Assembly: GCA_000092065.1 (NCBI GenBank)
Contig: CP000593.1
Length of the DNA: 64,000 bases
From: Ostreococcus lucimarinus
Lineage: Eukaryota
Strand: one strand, 5' to 3'
Shown here: in pieces, positions 41,001-48,557 of the stretch
How positions within the stretch are numbered: position 1 is the stretch's first letter
Layout of the letters: the number at the start of each line of letters is the position of its first letter
Position numbers and translations under genes: made by a program
Notes under the pieces: generated by a model
The model's database searches: none
What the model saw: only the letters and a program-made list of their open reading frames with translations
What the model was told of the DNA's origin: nothing

Positions 41001-42756
41001 TCGCCTGACGGATTGTTTTCTTCAGGTTCTGACGTACTTGGATGGAAAAGACAGCCGTTTCCAAAAAGCTTTCAAGGATAAAGCGAAGGAAGAGTTGATA
41101 CGATATCATGATGCGCTCCGTCCGTTTTGGCAGATGATGAACGTCTATGCAAGTCTCATGCAAGACATTACTAGCGATGAAAGCGGTGATGCATCGATCC
41201 TGTGCGAACGCTCGCACGCTAGCGCCGCGCTGACTGAGGGTATAACGACGTACTTGATGATTGGAACGAGCCTCTATCCATACGTCGAAGGTGAAGTTTC
41301 GAAGAGCAGACGAGAATCCGGTGCGTTTCAGCTCCCTGCTCTCGCTGGTTCGATGAGAGCACCCTCGCCTGCGATGGGTATGCGAGCGTCGCATGCATCG
41401 CATGGGTCTTTGCATCGTACGTCGAGTCACATGCTCGACGCACTTTCAAATTCTGGAGGGAAAAATGCGAAAGTCGCCGCCATATTGAGCGACATTTGGG
41501 CGTTTGTCGAGCAACACAGAAACATGCTCAACGACATGCTGAAGCAACGCCCGCTGTTGCTTTCCGGACCCATGAAAATCCTGTTGAGCAATCCACGCTT
41601 GCTGGACTTCTCCGTCAAACGTGCGGAGATTCGGACACGAATCAAGAAACTTCGCGAACGCCTAGGACATAATCGTCCAGAGGCGCGAACGTTACACATT
41701 AGGCGTGATCGAATACTCGAAGACTCGTTTAGACAACTCAACAGCCGGAGTATCGAAGAAATTCGAGGCAAAATCAGCATCGTTTTCGTGGGCGAAGAAG
41801 GCATGGACGGTGGCGGTTTGATAAAGGAGTGGTTCACCATCTTGGCACGAGAAGTTTTCAATCCAAACATCGCTCTCTTCGAGTTGTCTCACGACAAGGG
41901 ATGCTATCAGCCGAATCAAAACAGTGTGGTCCATCCGGATTATCTCAGCTATTTTAGATTCGTCGGTAGACTCGTCGGTAAGGCTTTGTTCGACGACATT
42001 CTCCTCAACGCATACTTCACGCGTCCGATTTACAAGCACCTTCTCGGTCAGCAGCTCACATACGAAGACATGGAAGGTGTAGATCCAGATTATTACAAGA
42101 GCTTGAAATGGATGCTGGAGAACTCTGTGGAGGGTGTCATGGAATACACATTCAGCGACACAACGTCTTATTTTGGTGAAACTCAAGTTCACGATTTGAC
42201 CGAAAACGGACGAAATATCGCAGTGACAGATGCAAACAAGTTTGAATACGTCAACCTGATAACCGCGCACCGAATGACGAATGCGGTGAAGGACCAACTC
42301 GCTGCTCTCGTGAAGGGGTTTGAAGAAGTTGTCCCTAGAGAAACGATTTCCATCCTGAATGCGTCTGAATTGGAACTGCTCATAAGTGGTACCCCGGACA
42401 TCGACGTCGAGGATTTACGCGCCAATACTGAATACACCGGCTTCACCGTCGGGTCAAAACAAATTCAATGGTTTTGGGACGTCGTGAGGGAAATGAACAA
42501 GGAAGACTTGGCGCGCTTATTGATGTTTTGTACCGGTACCTCTAAGGTTCCTTTGGATGGATTCGGTGCTTTGCAAGGCATGCAAGGCCCGCAACGTTTT
42601 CAAATCCATCGGCAGCACGCGGATGATTCAAAGTTGCCATCCGCACACACGTGCTTCAATCAACTCGATTTGCACGAATACAGCTCAAAGCAAATCTTAC
42701 GCGACAGGCTGCTGTACGCGATTGTTGAAGGTTGTGAAGGCTTTGGCTTCATTTAG
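32032..42756 (+). CDS. HUWE1/UPL1-type giant HECT E3 ubiquitin ligase (DUF908/DUF913, UBA, acidic region, C-terminal HECT)
   Basis: Single 3574-codon ORF. The N-terminus WRYGKCEERHWGDVFARFAEYL matches the HUWE1 N-terminus. UBA domain (MIDSIVEMGFSRGHAHHALAAVNGQSVERALEYMLTRP). Long D/E/S-rich region. Canonical HECT C-lobe ending …HTCFNQLDLHEYSSKQILRDRLLYAIVEGCEGFGFI with the catalytic Cys. The track ORF begins at GTG with no in-frame ATG upstream; see findings. Confidence 0.9.
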   Translation: MAVAEELLACSLPGGVTTRARFEWRYGKCEERHWGDVFARFAEYLTREGVRAIENRWIRDRGDDASERIEAFAAVNWIMEFMREIVENCGELPSFAHGEATALFLEFFETCESALRLLAAATRRSVVGRTPRNAYFSSDVFQRRVRFMLSKIHAHMPLSAAHLNDADENESKACEVVAHELFVAEDREEGSGPLDCTRYEFTVDTTSSGSDEIVFKASGRRGLDPSEMHRPYNRASSLECLIDDFSRPQMFDPGKEMDSLKDISAAYFGVLAQLWSKSLQRTRAGREKAARLSILAQQINVHLGKGAEPSDFELYVEDAQTTAIKLLDLMQVDLGVTPSLLLRRDATTLLSAYTNERASGFQVCQIMRRPAGRGALSQCVSTMTAALLAPLSSSDAEIDFDVVRDARCLMHLVGILSTTTPGCTAIREAELLPLLMSIFKLERLEAIPVVVDVVHIVESYLEFQPNAVVAFRELNGTDLLLKRMRYESVTAIEELRASGHLDDVADRKRKIDSLSSLEDAETSLAAMKKAPKYVNFYRRVLIKVLMRTLAYTSFAYGGARMRVPGLSDGTLTDILGSVLKYPLKFGPGVSSLTANLVCDVIHNEPTCYATLDEAGIVDAFLKFITETMWPLGRSKGMAKVLCAIPTTLNAICLNEKGQEKVLKSSALVCFRKMFQDSSFPLNADTSRIVGTGINETLRHIPALKDVSVEVLNDILSDLTIQLRKISDSETNLEHAFVNKAVVEQMPISKTLQNVARFMDGILQTSHMCAPLVQAGALDSMLNMLTCPLPVEFSTCASYNSISVACKSLINPPDPSNSYAGANTPNLSDDVILACTTVVEKYMASAVDIGVQIEEFYVHELDKTGDDIDKLATYDIYSKTLSEKHKGDKAALDREVRFCRQTKSLCQRMAAHERLCELLATLVQQVPVMSAAIMNKRRDDPHGPMMAESLFNAALAAFNEAVKIEAKLRSLAVEIQADEMPYSPVWWLYTRADLFVRVTSGLFAAVAKLSTTMRRRKDLGPEAQNFIKLSGEAIIAVAREMTKAFTSRVTAQAELLPPSHASNAKMDFEQRCSHNFLALIYESFFDDKRNSPNGVMINYAARCGLFEQLYTHFQGTVALTQSILETCTGEKAEQGHVAAECYRTLSCFVRIFVSISDVKLMASNNSNKLALGTRLPERVEDDPIYDKMTKYTHISDAFTNSRSAMDWIHCSLNEALKCIWRPETDIFASVAAGHVDSDALVQCLLNIISGTEQAVMSEQRRAASVPRAPPRPPPRQFVPSETMIDSIVEMGFSRGHAHHALAAVNGQSVERALEYMLTRPMEDVPDEAPTAPSEPAPSESTALEETADAMETAPVAFNHTHAVQGRLPAINELVAALYANFHISAEKGATLLLKVIEKHELMSGLSRDECIYALTDEVVRTRTPKIGRDEVYAIKHYAFVEALARQGDEVLRRALWIKGSVIDSQVETFIAEVDKICAAQKTASLETFLKDVPLSFVPLANCINAAACLQKHRDSDASARNYSKFGFLNDGHKIALADACVECLIAIVKNSGELASDYESHSVQAVILDLLANLSRDNVIADRIASNSFADSKDGAAISKRSFAHTLFTCFWNNTNDSVSVILRHMVNDPRTLQFAMELEIVKSITKPPMGRDSKVALKTFCVAMKNIIERDFDCFEAAFANVAEIRTMADTPLSTPREYVIPTAEVKAMQSLPTVRLTKNLRMVVEVLVAVATEPIHQAPLTKLERQAAAFRLLTELVEVYPSSVKALMDMDDQTDIFRNILRYQLPSSRRSSSSEQTGVWCGCENAAFFLATLCVNSQKARTKIIEKMLVLLKEPDLTQETASTCADKGDSLVPKHAFVDLLHSLMDYGLARGYQSGERIRNRVVFNLQQGVLKTMYSLKVPERIIELIEETNVVGAAREKRGNPGFLRVTLAVLEALVVRSTKSKRESRLTRIGNMVRAVNAARVPSGEEVEERRALTEQMLQNLLEHAAGGNIQVARLEDDLDGMPEIEGVHPVFGGDDGDADGIDANDGHENSDDDSEMEVDDDHDHDSDEANEEGMHESSDEEQLSESGESGESSGTSDSSEEDSEEEEEEDDEEGEEAMADDFYGSDMDHIDPDPGNDVLEMSDDALYDEDGEEFDYDDGGGSDDDDDDDEEEGDFEEPSSPQSSYTSPSGVRVLPRATHSGSHVERTSNLGSRDHISVSRAQVEAWFATDYSSVMSGADPRVEAQTVGELQIAGGQRAQVSTEDERQQTLSESRSEGQLRGHNREHSPRSSSVNASELFNRRDVPFTSSLREQTQRIARATLGDPSLLARGNPPVHGSPWHTWSQSETGVPPALNHEGINVQRVGTSLNITLSTPMDFSSRSRSLHDVLNSISGEMARLAVRPSHLEILDPLSSAKAILWLGDGSFQATAPAEFSVRNQTIWSLDGRNARASFWSNAVCMSIGESLATSGTFLSHLDTAELATSSLVSSERDKENVNGNLAEIVDESPEERTARQRREAAALDISANELSMVTEDLRDGFLNANRLVARAREQAPEAASDLNLIGAEFLSAMPADIQRELIQRTTSGANRLLTRIQHTEASPSVSAPRPRANSPTTTVIDTAPLEIGNMMFGEGWDGRLDRHEQMSWNDIERIRQSSTRDAVAPEDFKPLKVNVELRHQHIRTLLLLFFVQTIDLKDTVNKICVNLCVVDQNRESILRQIIETVIMNTMDRADPRFIESTLSSPNAKGLEPSAAMEVAMARSLCANLSERNGARKEMVTRRLLTLLSQLISRNRHVHGTYRVRGVNLTCVKLFFAKDEDASMVNFLTNQKENGEAVLRSDAGVSTVDIPLLSFLVGLLAHASQFHDQKNIELCATCTDAYLTKFLAATPKPNIGPKGLSTAATPELLASIASFLKVPYLAPSAYEKINTILQKVLGDFFEEGCDAVILNRFHADALQCSVEAIACLSKASSIKYRPNVDEPSARHVEYADSRQSLKTHIPYLRRLTDCFLQVLTYLDGKDSRFQKAFKDKAKEELIRYHDALRPFWQMMNVYASLMQDITSDESGDASILCERSHASAALTEGITTYLMIGTSLYPYVEGEVSKSRRESGAFQLPALAGSMRAPSPAMGMRASHASHGSLHRTSSHMLDALSNSGGKNAKVAAILSDIWAFVEQHRNMLNDMLKQRPLLLSGPMKILLSNPRLLDFSVKRAEIRTRIKKLRERLGHNRPEARTLHIRRDRILEDSFRQLNSRSIEEIRGKISIVFVGEEGMDGGGLIKEWFTILAREVFNPNIALFELSHDKGCYQPNQNSVVHPDYLSYFRFVGRLVGKALFDDILLNAYFTRPIYKHLLGQQLTYEDMEGVDPDYYKSLKWMLENSVEGVMEYTFSDTTSYFGETQVHDLTENGRNIAVTDANKFEYVNLITAHRMTNAVKDQLAALVKGFEEVVPRETISILNASELELLISGTPDIDVEDLRANTEYTGFTVGSKQIQWFWDVVREMNKEDLARLLMFCTGTSKVPLDGFGALQGMQGPQRFQIHRQHADDSKLPSAHTCFNQLDLHEYSSKQILRDRLLYAIVEGCEGFGFI

Positions 42757-42807
42757 ATTAGCGATTAACATAGAATGTAACAACACTAAACATGGAATTT
42801 CAACTCT

Positions 42808-44970
42808 CTACGCGAGTGGGTCGAACGCGAGGGGCTTTCCTTTCGTCGATTTGGTAGGAGTCGGAACCACACCGAATTTTTGGGGATTCACGCCGAGCGC
42901 ACGAGCGACATTTTTCTTCTGTCGACGAATAAACTGGTTCTCTCTGCGGTTTGCCTCCATCTGAAGCGGATTGAAACCTGAAGCGCTCGAATCGCTTTCT
43001 TCGGAGGCGACATCGACGAGGGGTTCTCCTATGGCTTCTCGAGCCACATCTCTAACGTTGATGCGAGATGACGTTACCGGCGATGCCATCTCCTCAAAAT
43101 CGCCCAACGTCCCGTCAGAACGAACGCGAAGTGTCCTAGAGTGATGCTTCGGCAGCGACACTTCGTCACCGAGGCTCAAAATACCGCTTACATGTTTCTT
43201 GAGAACGTCATACGATGCGGCTCTATCTTTTGGATCCATCGCACAAGTGGCGTCATCGAGCACGCATAAGTCGACTCTATTCACGACTGCTCGACAAACC
43301 GCAAAGCGCTGCTGCTCACTTGGACTAAGATTGTCGCCCCAAGGCGCAATCGCGTCCAAGTAATCGATGTGTCTTCCGAGCCCGAGGGCTACCATGGCGT
43401 CAGTGAGCAGTTCACGAGTGTCGGTTCCAATATCCGCAGAGGATGTCGGATACAAGCACACATCGAGGAGAGAACCTTTGGGGAAGTAAGGTTTCCTCGA
43501 TAGCACACACACGCGAGATCGATGAATGACTCGCGCACTACCTGAACCATAGCTCCATAGACCCACAAGTGCTTTCACGAGCATTGTCTTACCGCACCCT
43601 GCAGGACCGACGACGGCAAGCGAGTCGCCGCGACACAACACGAAGTCGAGCCCTCGAATGATTTCTTGCCCATCGTATCCGCGCAAACTCAACGAATCCA
43701 CTTCGACGAGCGACATGTCATCTTCCGGAGTGTCGACACGCACGCTTGCGCCGCCGCTTTCGTTGTCACCCGCGAGCCCACGCACTGTGGATACGTCGAG
43801 GGCGTCGTACAAATTGGAAACGTGCCCCGCGTGCAGCTCCGCCGTTCGCAGAGTAGACATGTTCTGTACGAGCACGGCGAGTGCGGCGCGAATGCCGTTA
43901 AAAGATGACATCGCGACTTGAATATCCCATGCGTTCACCGAGACTCCTCGTACGAGACGCGGAAGCACGGTCGCCACGGGCAACAAGTTAGCCGCAGCAT
44001 CGTACACGTCGGACGGGAAACTCGCTCGAGCGTTCAAAACTTCCCGTCTATACACAAACTCTTGCCCCGCTTCCAATGTGGCCATCGCTTCTTCTGCTTC
44101 GGTGATCGCCCCGTTCGCAAGTGCGATCGCTTCGCCATCTGTCCTTGCGTGCGCCAGCAGTTCTCGAAGTCGGGCCGTCGCGGTTTCCGCTCGATGCGCC
44201 TCCTTCTTCGCCTCATATCCGTCAAAGGTCCGCGCATTCTGCGCAACTTGCCCGATCAACGCGCTCCCAATCAAGACTGGCGCGCTCCAGAACGAGCTTT
44301 GAAACAGACACTGCGCGTGATATACCATCGCCACGCACGCCTCGATCCCATCTGCCGCAGCATCGAGCGCCGCGCGCGCAAACGCCGGCGCTCCAACCGC
44401 CGCCGAAGCCGCCGCCTCGCGTGCGCTCTCGATCGGCTCATCTTTCGCGCTCGCCAGCGCCTCGTCGGTGAGCATGGCGTTCACTACGTCGCCCCCGAAC
44501 CGCGTCGCCAGCTCTCGTCGCAACAGTGCCCTGTACGTACGACGCGACAACCGCAACGGTTCCGCCACGAGCGCGAAAGTGCCAAAGGCGCGAGCGATCG
44601 CCCAAAACGTCCCCTTCGCGTCACCTCGTGCGATCTCCCCCCACGCTCGCGCGCTGTGTCGCCACGCGCGGTAGCTCGCCATGTGTTGGGCGTACTGCAG
44701 CAGACCCAGAGCGATCAGGCGCGACAGCAGCTCGGCGCGGTCGTGCGAAGACGCGGGAAAAGTTGACTCGATTAAATCGCACGTTTTCGGCGACACCACG
44801 CGCGGCGCGCACGCGATGAGAGTGCCGGCCGCGCGCGCGCGATCGAGCGTTTTGCGCGCCATCGCGCGAGCGTCCATGACGAACGATGACGACGACGAAA
44901 CGCGACGGTCAGTGCGAGACGCGCGCGATTGAATCACGTTCAAAACGCATTCGCCGCGAAGGCTTTGCAC
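42808..44970 (-). CDS. ABC transporter family D (ABCD/ALDP/PXA-like) half-transporter-like protein with a divergent N-terminal domain
   Basis: The NBD has Walker A GPAGCGKT, signature LSPSEQQRF, Walker B LCVLDDATCAMD and an H-loop. The NBD aligns better to ABCD (…SRKPYFPKGSLLDVCLYP… versus PQRPYM.LGTLRDQVIYP) than to other ABC subfamilies. The N-terminal ~430 aa has only 2-3 clear hydrophobic helices. Confidence 0.6.
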   Translation of the reverse strand: MQSLRGECVLNVIQSRASRTDRRVSSSSSFVMDARAMARKTLDRARAAGTLIACAPRVVSPKTCDLIESTFPASSHDRAELLSRLIALGLLQYAQHMASYRAWRHSARAWGEIARGDAKGTFWAIARAFGTFALVAEPLRLSRRTYRALLRRELATRFGGDVVNAMLTDEALASAKDEPIESAREAAASAAVGAPAFARAALDAAADGIEACVAMVYHAQCLFQSSFWSAPVLIGSALIGQVAQNARTFDGYEAKKEAHRAETATARLRELLAHARTDGEAIALANGAITEAEEAMATLEAGQEFVYRREVLNARASFPSDVYDAAANLLPVATVLPRLVRGVSVNAWDIQVAMSSFNGIRAALAVLVQNMSTLRTAELHAGHVSNLYDALDVSTVRGLAGDNESGGASVRVDTPEDDMSLVEVDSLSLRGYDGQEIIRGLDFVLCRGDSLAVVGPAGCGKTMLVKALVGLWSYGSGSARVIHRSRVCVLSRKPYFPKGSLLDVCLYPTSSADIGTDTRELLTDAMVALGLGRHIDYLDAIAPWGDNLSPSEQQRFAVCRAVVNRVDLCVLDDATCAMDPKDRAASYDVLKKHVSGILSLGDEVSLPKHHSRTLRVRSDGTLGDFEEMASPVTSSRINVRDVAREAIGEPLVDVASEESDSSASGFNPLQMEANRRENQFIRRQKKNVARALGVNPQKFGVVPTPTKSTKGKPLAFDPLA

Positions 44971-45051
44971 AGCGAGGCTTGCGAATGAGTGGCAAAAGTC
45001 TATGTATGTATTCGATTAGCGCTATCCGCCGCAGTGTACTACGCTCGACGA

Positions 45052-46535
45052 TTAGTCGTCGTCGCCCGCGCTGACGCCCGTGCCCGTGCCCGCCGCGTCG
45101 GAGTTCTTTTGGGAAAGCCCGGAGACGATGTCATCAATGCGCAATAGCATCGTGGCGCTCTCGACGGCGGTTTTGATGGATTGCACCTTGACCGCGTACG
45201 GATCCCACACACCGAGCTCTTTCATGTCTACGATCGTGCCCTTATCGCCATCAATACCGAACGTTCGCGCTTCTTCGCCCTCGGCGTGTTTGGCGCGAAG
45301 TTTGGTGAGAGTGCGAATGACGTTGGCGCCGCAGTTTTGCGCGAGCGTTCGCGGAATGACCTCGAGTGCCGCGCCGATGGCGCGGAACGGCCATTGCTCC
45401 ACACCCTCGATCTTCGTCGCTTCTTCCGCGATCGCGCGAGAGACAGCCATTTCGACCGCACCGCCACCGGGCAACAGTCGCGGGTCTTGGACGACATTCC
45501 TCGCTACGCCCATCGCGTCAATCAAGTTGCGTTCAATTTCATTCAAAATATCCTTGCTCGCGCCGCGAAGGACGACGGTGCACGCCTTGGGCTCTTTGCA
45601 GTCGACGACGAAGGTGAAATATTCGTCACCGATTTTCTCGACGTTGAACAAACCAGCACCGGTGCCGATGTCTGATTCACGAAGCTCATCCACGCGAGAA
45701 ACGACGGTGGCCCCCGCGGCTCGCGCGATGCGATTATTATCGGTCTTGCGGACGCGTCGCAATGCGGTGATGCCCGCCTTGGAAAGGTAGTGGCAAGCCA
45801 AATCACTGCATCCCTTTTCGGTGACGACGACATCGGGCTTGAAAGCCGCGATCTTCGCGCACGTCTCTTTGATCCAATCCTCCTCCATCTTCAGCAACAC
45901 CGCCCAATCTTCTTCCTTGGTGATTTCCACATTGGTTTGGTTCTCGCCCTTTTTGTACTCCAATGGGCAGTCGAGAAGCATGATTCTCGGGTTTTCAATT
46001 CGTCGCTTCATTCGTCCAGGCGCGACGACGTCTTTGTTCATCATCACTCCTCGTAGCACCGTGCAGTCATCGATAGAACCACCCGCAATCTTCTCCACCT
46101 TGGCGTACTTTTTAATGTCTATGTCGTTCGTGCCGTCGGCGTTTTTGCGAGCCACGCACATGACCGCGTCGAGCGCCAAGTTTGGAATGAGTTCGCCCAT
46201 GCGCGCGGTAAACTTGGTGCCGACAGAGCTCTTGACGATCTTCATCATCTCATCACGATTCGTGACATCGATGGGAAAACTAATTGAATCAATCACTTTC
46301 AATGCGGCGTCCAACGCCTTCATGTACGCCCTCACGATGACTGTCGGGTGAATGTTCTTTTCCAAAAACTGTTGCGACAGATGAAGGATTTCACCAGCCA
46401 GAATAATCACCGACGTCGTCCCGTCCCCGGTTTCTTCGTCTTGCGTGCGCGACAGTTCAATCATACTCTTCGCCGCCGGATGCGTGACGTCGATCTCTCT
46501 CAAAATCGCATTCCCGTCATTCGTCAACACGATGC
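45052..46535 (-). CDS. CCT3: T-complex protein 1 subunit gamma (CCT3), exon 2
   Basis: IVLTNDGNAILREIDVTHPAAKSMIELSRTQDEETGDGTTSVIILAGE is near-identical to CCT-gamma. Exon 2 starts after the acceptor …aaacgcAG|GCATCGTG…. Stop at 45052. Confidence 0.9.
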
Positions 46536-46830
46536 CTGCGTTTGAGCAAAACGCGCGCGAGGTCAGTCACCCGTCCAAAACATCCAATCACCATCCGACG
46601 CCGATCGCCATCGCGCTCGGACGTTCGACCATCAGCGAGCGCTGATCACGCTCGCGTCAACGCTCGCGTCCTCGTTCAGCCGCGTTCGTGCGTCCCGTCA
46701 CCGTCGAACCGCGTTCGTTCGTTCGTTCGCTCGCGTTGACTTTTCGCCGCGTTGACTCTGTCGCTCCGCGTTTCATCGATCGCGCGCGCGCCGCGCGCGA
46801 GACGCGTGGACTCGCGCGAAGACGCGATAT

Positions 46831-46867
<37 letters not shown>

Positions 46868-46869
46868 AC
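46536..46869 (-). other. CCT3: spliceosomal intron (about 334 nt) of the CCT3 gene, containing an (ACG)11 repeat
   Basis: Donor …TCGGGAG|GTACGACG… after codon DASG(G); acceptor …CGCAG|GC. The splice restores DASGGIVLTNDG, which matches the conserved CCT-gamma MGGIVMTNDG. The phase fits (1 nt + 2 nt = GGC Gly). Coordinates +/-2. Confidence 0.8.
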
Positions 46870-47047
46870 CTCCCGAAGCGTCTAAAATCATCTTCAACAT
46901 CGACCTCGGCCCGAGCGTCGTGCGGATGATGTCGCTCACCGCCTTGGCCGCCGCGATGTTGTTCGCGCGCGCGATCGAACCCGTCTCGCGCTTGGCGTTG
47001 GTGTTCATCACCATGATTTGTTGCCCTTGACCGCCCTGTTGCATCAT
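46870..47047 (-). CDS. CCT3: CCT3 exon 1 (N-terminal 59 codons)
   Basis: MMQQGGQGQQIMVMNTNAKRETGSIARANNIAAAKAVSDIIRTTLGPRSMLKMILDASG matches the CCT-gamma N-terminus (…KRESGRKVQSGNINAAKTIADIIRTCLGPKSMMKMLLDPMGG). Confidence 0.85.
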
Positions 47048-47284
47048 CGCGCGTGGTCGTGCGGGCGCGGACGCGCGATCGAGGTGCGTCGCGGAGTGAC
47101 GATCTGGCGCGGGCGGCGCGTCCGAACGTCGCGGCGGCGCGAGGAGAGCGATTCGGAAGCGCTACGGAATCGCGCGATGTCCGCACGAGTAGGATGGGAA
47201 AATATGATGATACAACTAATGGTGATAGCGTGGACATCGATCGCGTCGACGCGCGCGGGATGATGCGCGCTCGGACGACGCAGA

Positions 47285-48010
47285 TTAGGCGGCGACGACG
47301 ACGGCGGCGACGTCTCGAAGCATGCCGAGCAAACGCTTGGAAGACTTTGCGCGAGGAGGCGAGCGCGAGGGCGTCGCGCTCGCGCCACCACCGCTCTTTA
47401 GCTTTTGTGCGATAAACGCACGAGTCTCTCGCAAGACTTCTTCGTTCGTTTCGCCGTACGCCAACACTTCCATCTCTTTGTCGATGGAGGCGTTGAATTC
47501 GGCGATGGCGAGCGCGCGAGCGCGCGATTCTTTTGTCGCCGCGTCAAGGGCGACTTTTAATTCCTGGCGCGTGAAACTCAAGGGCGCGGACGTTTCGTTT
47601 GCCTCCGCTGTCGCCAGGGCATCGAAAATCTCCCCGAGACACGCCGTGGCGTCGTCGGACGAAGCCGTCGTCGCTTCGGTTCCCGACAACAGACGCGCTC
47701 GCCAACTCATCGCGAGGGCGTCCACGTTAGAATCGATCGCCCCCGTCGTGCCGTTCTCGATCGCCGTCACTTTAGACACGAGCGCATCCATCTCGCTCTC
47801 CGTCATTCTTCGTAAAGCACCCGCTAAAGCACCCTCGTGCCGCTTCGCCGCGCCGTGATTTCCCTTCAACTTTTTGCCCTCCGCCACGAGCGCCTTGACT
47901 TCGGCGTTCAACTCTTCCATCGTCGCGATTTGCGATTTCGGCAGCGCCAGCAAGGTTTTCGCCATTGTTTTCTTTTCGTGCGCTGTCGTCGCGATATCGA
48001 TCGTCGTCAC
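47285..48010 (-). CDS. hypothetical alpha-helical protein, family not recognised
   Basis: Track ORF of 241 aa with ATG at 48010. Non-repetitive E/K/A-rich helical composition (…EELNAEVKALVAEGKKLKGNHGAAKRHEGAL…). No domain identified. Confidence 0.4.
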   Translation of the reverse strand: MTTIDIATTAHEKKTMAKTLLALPKSQIATMEELNAEVKALVAEGKKLKGNHGAAKRHEGALAGALRRMTESEMDALVSKVTAIENGTTGAIDSNVDALAMSWRARLLSGTEATTASSDDATACLGEIFDALATAEANETSAPLSFTRQELKVALDAATKESRARALAIAEFNASIDKEMEVLAYGETNEEVLRETRAFIAQKLKSGGGASATPSRSPPRAKSSKRLLGMLRDVAAVVVAA

Positions 48011-48557
48011 GCGCCATCGTCAGTCGCGCGTCTCGTCTGCGTCTCGCGCCCCTCGAGCGCGGTCTCGTCTGCGTCTCTCGAGAGCTCGCACCTAATCGCT
48101 TCAGCGCCGACTTATTAATTCGTCCCATGTGTACCAAAGGATCGTCGTCGTACGCCTCTTCCTCGTTCGCCCGCGCGAGATCCGCCGCGCGTTCGCGCCC
48201 CAACGACCCATCGTTCGCGCGCCCATTCGACGACGCGGCGGCGGCGGTGCGCGACGACGCCCCCGCGCGCGCGCGCGACGCGAGGGCGCGCGACGCGAGG
48301 ACGCGGACGGCGTCGCGCATCGTCGCGCGCGCCGCCGGTCGCGCGGTCGTCATCGCGCGCGCGCTGTGTACCGCACACGCGAGGCGCGCGGCGGCGTGCG
48401 AACACGCCATCGCGTCGCGAAGTGGCACTTCGCTTTTTTCACTTCGCGGCCGCGGACGACGCGGGCGCCTCGGAGACGATGCGCGTGTTCGACGCGTTGG
48501 ATTGGATCCAACGCGCGGCCGAAAAACAATACGTCGAATTCTATCGTTACTACGTGT

